Shown here piece by piece: positions 26,719 to 32,000 of a DNA stretch of 32,000 nucleotides. The position numbers and the translations under genes are program-made. This DNA is from Zygophlyctis sp. KS116 (Eukaryota; Fungi; Chytridiomycota): positions 1-32,000 of the forward strand of contig BAAFSQ010000071.1 of assembly GCA_054661495.1 (NCBI GenBank), given 5' to 3'. The notes beneath the pieces are model-generated. The model made no database searches and was not told where the DNA came from. It worked only from the letters and a program-made list of their open reading frames with translations. Within the stretch, counting starts at the first letter, position 1. The number at the start of each line of letters is the position of its first letter.

Positions 26719-28490
26719 TTATGAATATTCTCTACCGTAAATCCAGTAAGTGTTCATAGTCCCTTTCCCCTTGATCTCCATGGTATCTTGATCAGACAAA
26801 ATAAATCCACTGTCTTTGATAAGTTCATATGTTGTTTCTGATATATGTATATTCATTGCCTTGGAAGTTGATTCCATCCGTGAAGCTGTATTTACTGTAT
26901 CTCCTACAATGCACCAATGAGGATTCAATTCACCTAAAATACCAGCCGTAATGGGTCCAGAATTTAAGCCAATTCGAATTTGAAGGGATTCTCCCGCGGT
27001 TGTTCTGAATTTTTTCACCATGTGAATAATATCTATTATGATTAAGCAGTCGATTCTTACCAAGAGCAAAATTAGCCGCTCTAGCAGCATGGTCAGTCGA
27101 TCTTAGAGGACACCCCGTAACAGCCAAGTATGCATCTCCAATAGTCTCAACCTTGTATACACCCCATTTTTTTGCAATGGCATCGTATTCAATCCAAAGC
27201 TTATTTAAGTTAATGAGCATTTCTTTATTCTGATTATCAGTCAAGATATAAAAATACCGATAATTTTCCTGCCAGAACTGTATAGTTTGCTATATCAGAG
27301 AAGAATACTGTAACCGATTCGAATTCTTGAGCGGTGGCACTTTCACCAGATATGATTTGACTAATGACACTAAAGTTTATAAAAGAAAATTACTCTTCGG
27401 GCATCATTCGACCTAAAAGCGTCTCAGTTTTATCTAAATCTTGAGACATTTCTTCAGCGATTCCAACCAAAACTTCAACTTTGTTGTTTTGTAGCTCTTC
27501 AACAGACGCATTTATAAGTAACATTGTAACAAAAACTTTAGACACAATATCCGCCATAGCAAACAGAAGCTCTCCAATTGGAAAACTAACAAGCTTAAAT
27601 CTAACTGAAAAGAAAATGACTGGAAAGCTGGTCCAAGATAACACAGTTACTCCTCTAGTCACCAGCAATGATAAACGGTCCAGTTTGCACATTGTTCTAC
27701 CATAAATCGCATGATTAAACATCTTAAATAACCCAGATATAACATAAAAGTATGCACCAACAGCTACTGCTAATGAAATATAAGAATAGGGAGAGCGCAA
27801 AATAGCACCTAGGAACCCAGCTGAAAGTAAGATATAATCAATAGCAACTGTTTTCTTTCCATGAGTTATATCTCTTGTTAAGACTGAAATAAGAGAAATA
27901 TATGTTGGACATGTTGCATTCCATTCAAAGAATCTGGCAAAATCTACAGGATACCCATTAACATCCCTTAGACTAGGAGTTAACCGGAAATATTTTAAGA
28001 GATGACTTAGCATTGCAATCATGTTTACAATGATTAGTATTTCACTCAGTTTCTTTCGATCATCCTTGGAGGAGAGGTATCCCATTGTAGCAAAGAATAT
28101 ACCCATGAAAAACACCGAGGATGCATACAAATAGACACCATCACTTATTCCTCTTCCAATCTTTTCTGGACGATTTTGAAAAGAAGTATATGCCCAAATA
28201 CTTGATGTAATCAGCCATATCATTGCAATCCTCCTTTGTGAAGCCAATAAGGCTGCCGTTCGCTGGTTTTCCATGATCTTTACAGAGTTAACTTTTTCCA
28301 TATATCCCTTCTTATTGCTATTTTTCCTACCCAACAATGGCATTTGACTCTCATCCTTTGACGCAATCAGGTTCTTATGTTTTGCAGATTTACATCCGCA
28401 ATCAGAGCATCGATGAGTACCATCAAATGTAAACTCTACACAGGTGCAAGACATACAAGCACCTCTCATGACTTCCCTCTTATCTTTCAT
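26719..28490 (-). CDS. Rhodopsin-guanylyl cyclase B (type Ib 8-TM enzymerhodopsin) with N-terminal Cys-rich module
   Basis: Exons 28490-27394, 27369-27258, 27229-27061 and 27032-26719. TM3 RFFEWNATCP; TM6 WTSFPVIF; TM7 ADIVSKVF; linker ending LLGRMMP; cyclase FFSDIANYT, KVETIGDAY, PHWCIVGDTVNTASRMES, IKGKGTMNTYW. Start placed by alignment with paralog A (MKDxxEVMRGAC). Confidence 0.96.
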
Positions 28491-28706
28491 TCCGAGCCAA
28501 CCGTAAACAAAGGGGTGGAAATCGGACACGGAAAGAATTGACACTTTTTATATGAGTACTCTCCAACATATGATGATCAGTATTATAAATATTTAATTAT
28601 AAGTGATACAGATGGAGTTAATATGAAATATATATTGCAGATCTTAAATCAGCTGCAACGATCATAAGAACCAAACGCCACCACGCCGCCTTATCTTATC
28701 TTCTAA

Positions 28707-29168
28707 ATGTCTGCGAAATCATCAACCGGACAGAACAAGGCTTCATGCAAGAGGTCATTCTCTTCCTTTAAAAGTGAGAATACTGAAGATGTTTTTCATG
28801 ATGATAATGTCTTTGGGTTTATGGATGATAGTGATAATTGTCGGTCAAATCTCAAATCAATTGACGATTTTCCTGTTCATGATCTAACAGAAAACCCAAC
28901 GTATCTGATGGAATTTGGATTCTGTAATGGATTTTTATGGAATGAAGAAGTTTTATTGGTAATATCTAGATTTTAATCATAGTCCCCTCCATTTTCAAAC
29001 TCTACGTCTTCGTCGTACTATTCATCCCAAATATCTAGTAACTCTAATCACATAATGCATTCTTCTTCATATCCAAATAGCAAAGCCTTTCCATCATTGT
29101 TGGCAGAAAAGTTGCGTAAAAAAAGGATATCACAAGAAACAAAAGTTGCAGAAATTAGAATTGATTAA
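28707..29168 (+). CDS. Small hypothetical protein (two exons), divergent from RGC-B
   Basis: 89-aa ORF, then a short GT-AG intron near 28959-28982 leading to an in-frame exon ending LLAEKLRKKRISQETKVAEIRID*. No family recognised. Confidence 0.45.
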
Positions 29169-30627
29169 GAATTTAACCATTCTTTTAAGCTTTCTAAACT
29201 TGTTAAATGAGATACTCCAAGTGCATTTGCAACGATTTGCCAAACAGAAGGGTCAGCATCAATCCAAGTTTTACCAAACATTTTTGAATTTTGCAGCGAT
29301 AATCGCCCTATGAGATAAATGTAGTATGAATGAGGATATCTAGCAACAGAGAGCAAATTAATCGCTTGTCGAAAACTTCCAAGATTTAAGAGACATTTTA
29401 GGATTTTATCCATACATGAGCGCTCCGAATAGATTGCTAGAGCTAATTCAGGATCAATTGGGAATACAAGGTCTCCAATTTCTTCGGTAATTTGAATGTC
29501 AGACCCGAAAAATCTCCAAATACGTTCAACTGCATTCATTCCAATCAGTACTTTAGAAAACTCTAAAGATTCAAAATCAGTCCAAGAATTTTCATTCTCA
29601 TTTCTTATAGTGACTAAAAGTTCAAAATATTCTGATTGTGCAGGCTCTATGGATGCATGTAATTGATTATTAGCATGCTTATTATACCTGTTCCAGATTG
29701 TAGGCAGAATTTCAGAGTTCCTAAATGGGCCATATGCAGGAGTTTTAACCACCTTTACTATTAAATTAAACGTTTTACATAATCATAAAGATCCTTAAAG
29801 TTATTCTCAAAAGATTCGACTATAGCAAGAGCTTGAGAATGCGAAATTGGAGGATCAGTTGCAAAACTTGGAGAAACTCCAAGATTTTTACATTCTTTGA
29901 TCATCATACTTGAGAGATACGGAGTAGATTCACTTAATGGAATCCCGTATATTTCTACTTTTTCAAGAACAGTATACCATAAATCATCTGCCATTTGTTT
30001 CTGTTGTCTTTTATGTAAAACCAACTTTATAGAATCCCCCATTACACAATACTCTGACATATCCAACATTTTAAGATCTGGCATATTCAGAATACTAAAT
30101 ATAATTGGCACTTTAATCCAATTCTTTGAATTTATTCCTACATATACTTGAATTTCCTGCGGTGCATAAATCGGACTTGTTGCCTGATAAGCGGCTCGAT
30201 ATGGTCTTACTTTAACACAAGATACTAATGATAATCCAATCAGAGAAATCACAATTTCCTCATTAGAATTTATATCCGCTGATCCAGAACTAGACCAAAA
30301 ACTTGAATCATTCAATAGAATCTTGCTCACAGACTGTTGTATATTATCAGTTGATGATGCAAAATCAGCAGATTCGGCTAGAGATATCCAATCACCAATT
30401 CCTAATTTGGAAAGAGAATATAAATCCTTGAATGCTTTGTCAGGCTCTTCAAATGAATTACCAGGAAATCGTTTATACCTTTCCAGTCTTGATATGAGCG
30501 ATCGCCAAATTGGTTTTGATCGGACAGCCTTATGAAAGTAAGAATTAATCAGACTGATTTCTAGAATAGATTCTATACAGCAATATTCCAGAATTTCTTG
30601 TAAAAGTTCAAGTGGCAATTGATTCAT
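29165..30627 (-). CDS. F-box protein with At4g00755-like beta-sandwich domain and C-terminal clathrin heavy-chain linker-like region
   Basis: F-box LPLELLQEILEY; ASSTDNIQQSVSKIL..SFWSSSGS..VRPYRAAYQATSPIYAP; a 26-nt intron joins to ESLEFSKVL..ITEEIGDLVFPIDPELALAIY..KILKCLLNLG. Confidence 0.78.
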
Positions 30628-30639
30628 TGTCAAATTTGT

Positions 30640-32000
30640 ATGCTAAAGTTTGTGGATCTTCCAGTTGATGTGTTATTTCTGATCGCAAAATGCATTGATG
30701 CAGGATCAATAGCAAGGCTAGCTTCTACTTGTAGAACATTTAAAACACTCTTGCAATCATTTTCCAACTTGATCTATAGAAATATCGCTAAACGAGACTT
30801 TGATTTATCCTTGCTTCCAAGGAATTTCACTTCATATCATCAGTTAGTATTAGTTCATGAATCTTTAAGAAGAAATCATTGTTTTCCAATTGAAACAGGC
30901 GAGAAAAAGAAGGTGCCACAATTCGCACATTTCTTAATTGCATGGCCGGTACATGAAAGGTCAGCGTATTTGATTGCACTTTCAGGAAATTATCTGATAT
31001 GGGTAGAATTTGAAAATATGAAGAAATTGTATGTAAAGGATCTTGGGAATTTTGACTGGGAAAAAGATGATGTTTTACATAGAGATTATACATTAAGGGG
31101 ACATACAGCTAGGATTGGGCTGATTCTGGCAAATAATGATGGTCTTTTGGTTTCATTTGATATAAGTTGTGATATTTATGTATGGGATTTGGCGGCAAAA
31201 AGATTAGAGAGAAAGATTAATACTAGAGATGAATTGGGAATGATAATGTCTATGAATTTTCAAAATGATCGTGTTGTTTGCGCTGGTATAAATGGGAGGA
31301 TTGCTGTTTGGAATGCTTTAAATGGACTCTTGATTCATTCATTTTCTATTCAAAGTACTTATTTAGATGTTTTAGATGAACACCAGTTAAATGTTAGTAT
31401 ATATGGTGATTTGGTTGCATTTGGTCTTTCAGATGGAAAGTTTTACATTTATAACATCTCTCAAAAAAGAATTGTCATGAGTTTTGATGTCACAAAGGAA
31501 AAAAGTCAAAGAATGTTGAGGCATGAACAAGAGCTGAATGTAATTTACGGGGTATAAGTAATCATAGGCTATTTCACCTGAACCAGGAAATTATGCACGT
31601 CAAGATAACGCCATTGAATTAAATTCAGATAGTTTGACTGGAAATAATCTTGTAGAAACTGAAGTTTTAGAGAATAATGTAGAAATTGAAATGAATATTG
31701 CAACTGATGAACATTTGGAAGACTTACAAATACTTGACGAACAAGACAATGATAGCGGCTCTGAAGACACTGATATGATGGATCTGTTTCCTCAAAATGA
31801 TTCCTCAGTTCCGTTAACTCTCTCCCTATCATCTCACTTTTTGCTTACAAATGGTCCTGATGCTTCCTGTTTGGCTCTTTGGGATCTTCGAGAAGGCAAA
31901 TTAATCGGATTTCTCGACGATATGAGAATTAGTAGGATAAATCGATCAAATATAGGGCCGTTGAGATTTGCTGAAATTTCAGCGGATAGCAGTATGATTT
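30640..32000 (+). CDS. F-box/WD40 protein (runs off the window)
   Basis: FVDLPVDVLFLIAKCID...LASTCR F-box; WD repeats LRGHTARIG...IYVWDL, GRIAVWNA, GKFYIYNI; continues after an intron near 31540. Confidence 0.85.

Noticed and set aside
24799-28490. Assignment of either rhodopsin as near-infrared NeoR
   Set aside because: NeoR has extra carboxylates at the BR 89/90 positions and Glu at 212. These proteins have Cys/Thr-Cys and Asp, like CyclOp/RGC1/RGC2.
28491-28544. Upstream extension of the RGC-B ORF (MSILSVSDF...)
   Set aside because: Begins at GTG; alignment with paralog A places the start at MKD (28490).

Overview
Very compact, AT-rich eukaryotic DNA with about 22 protein-coding genes in 32 kb, interrupted by tiny GT-AG introns (about 24-33 nt). 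The gene content points to a flagellated zoosporic fungus, most likely a chytrid (inference): BBS1, a TALPID3-like protein, HAUS6, CYRI/FAM49, SPIN90/Ldb17 and rhodopsin-guanylyl cyclases. Housekeeping genes include p23, enolase, NHP2, an ING PHD protein, RTT103, ERV29, a J-protein and a CRT10-like WD40 protein. The most notable locus is a tandem pair of 8-TM rhodopsin-guanylyl cyclase genes (24799-28490, minus strand). Both keep the retinal Lys and all cyclase catalytic residues, but they differ at classical colour-tuning sites. Both also begin with a conserved Cys6-His zinc-finger-like N-terminal module, which the ORF track misses in one copy because of an intron. Other observations: a near-identical 1.1-kb duplication of CYRI plus promoter whose ends fall on start/stop codons, a secreted chitinase with two prokaryote-type GH18 domains, an F-box protein fused to a clathrin heavy-chain-like segment, and overlapping or near-abutting genes. 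All calls come from manual motif recognition and hand splicing; no database searches were run.
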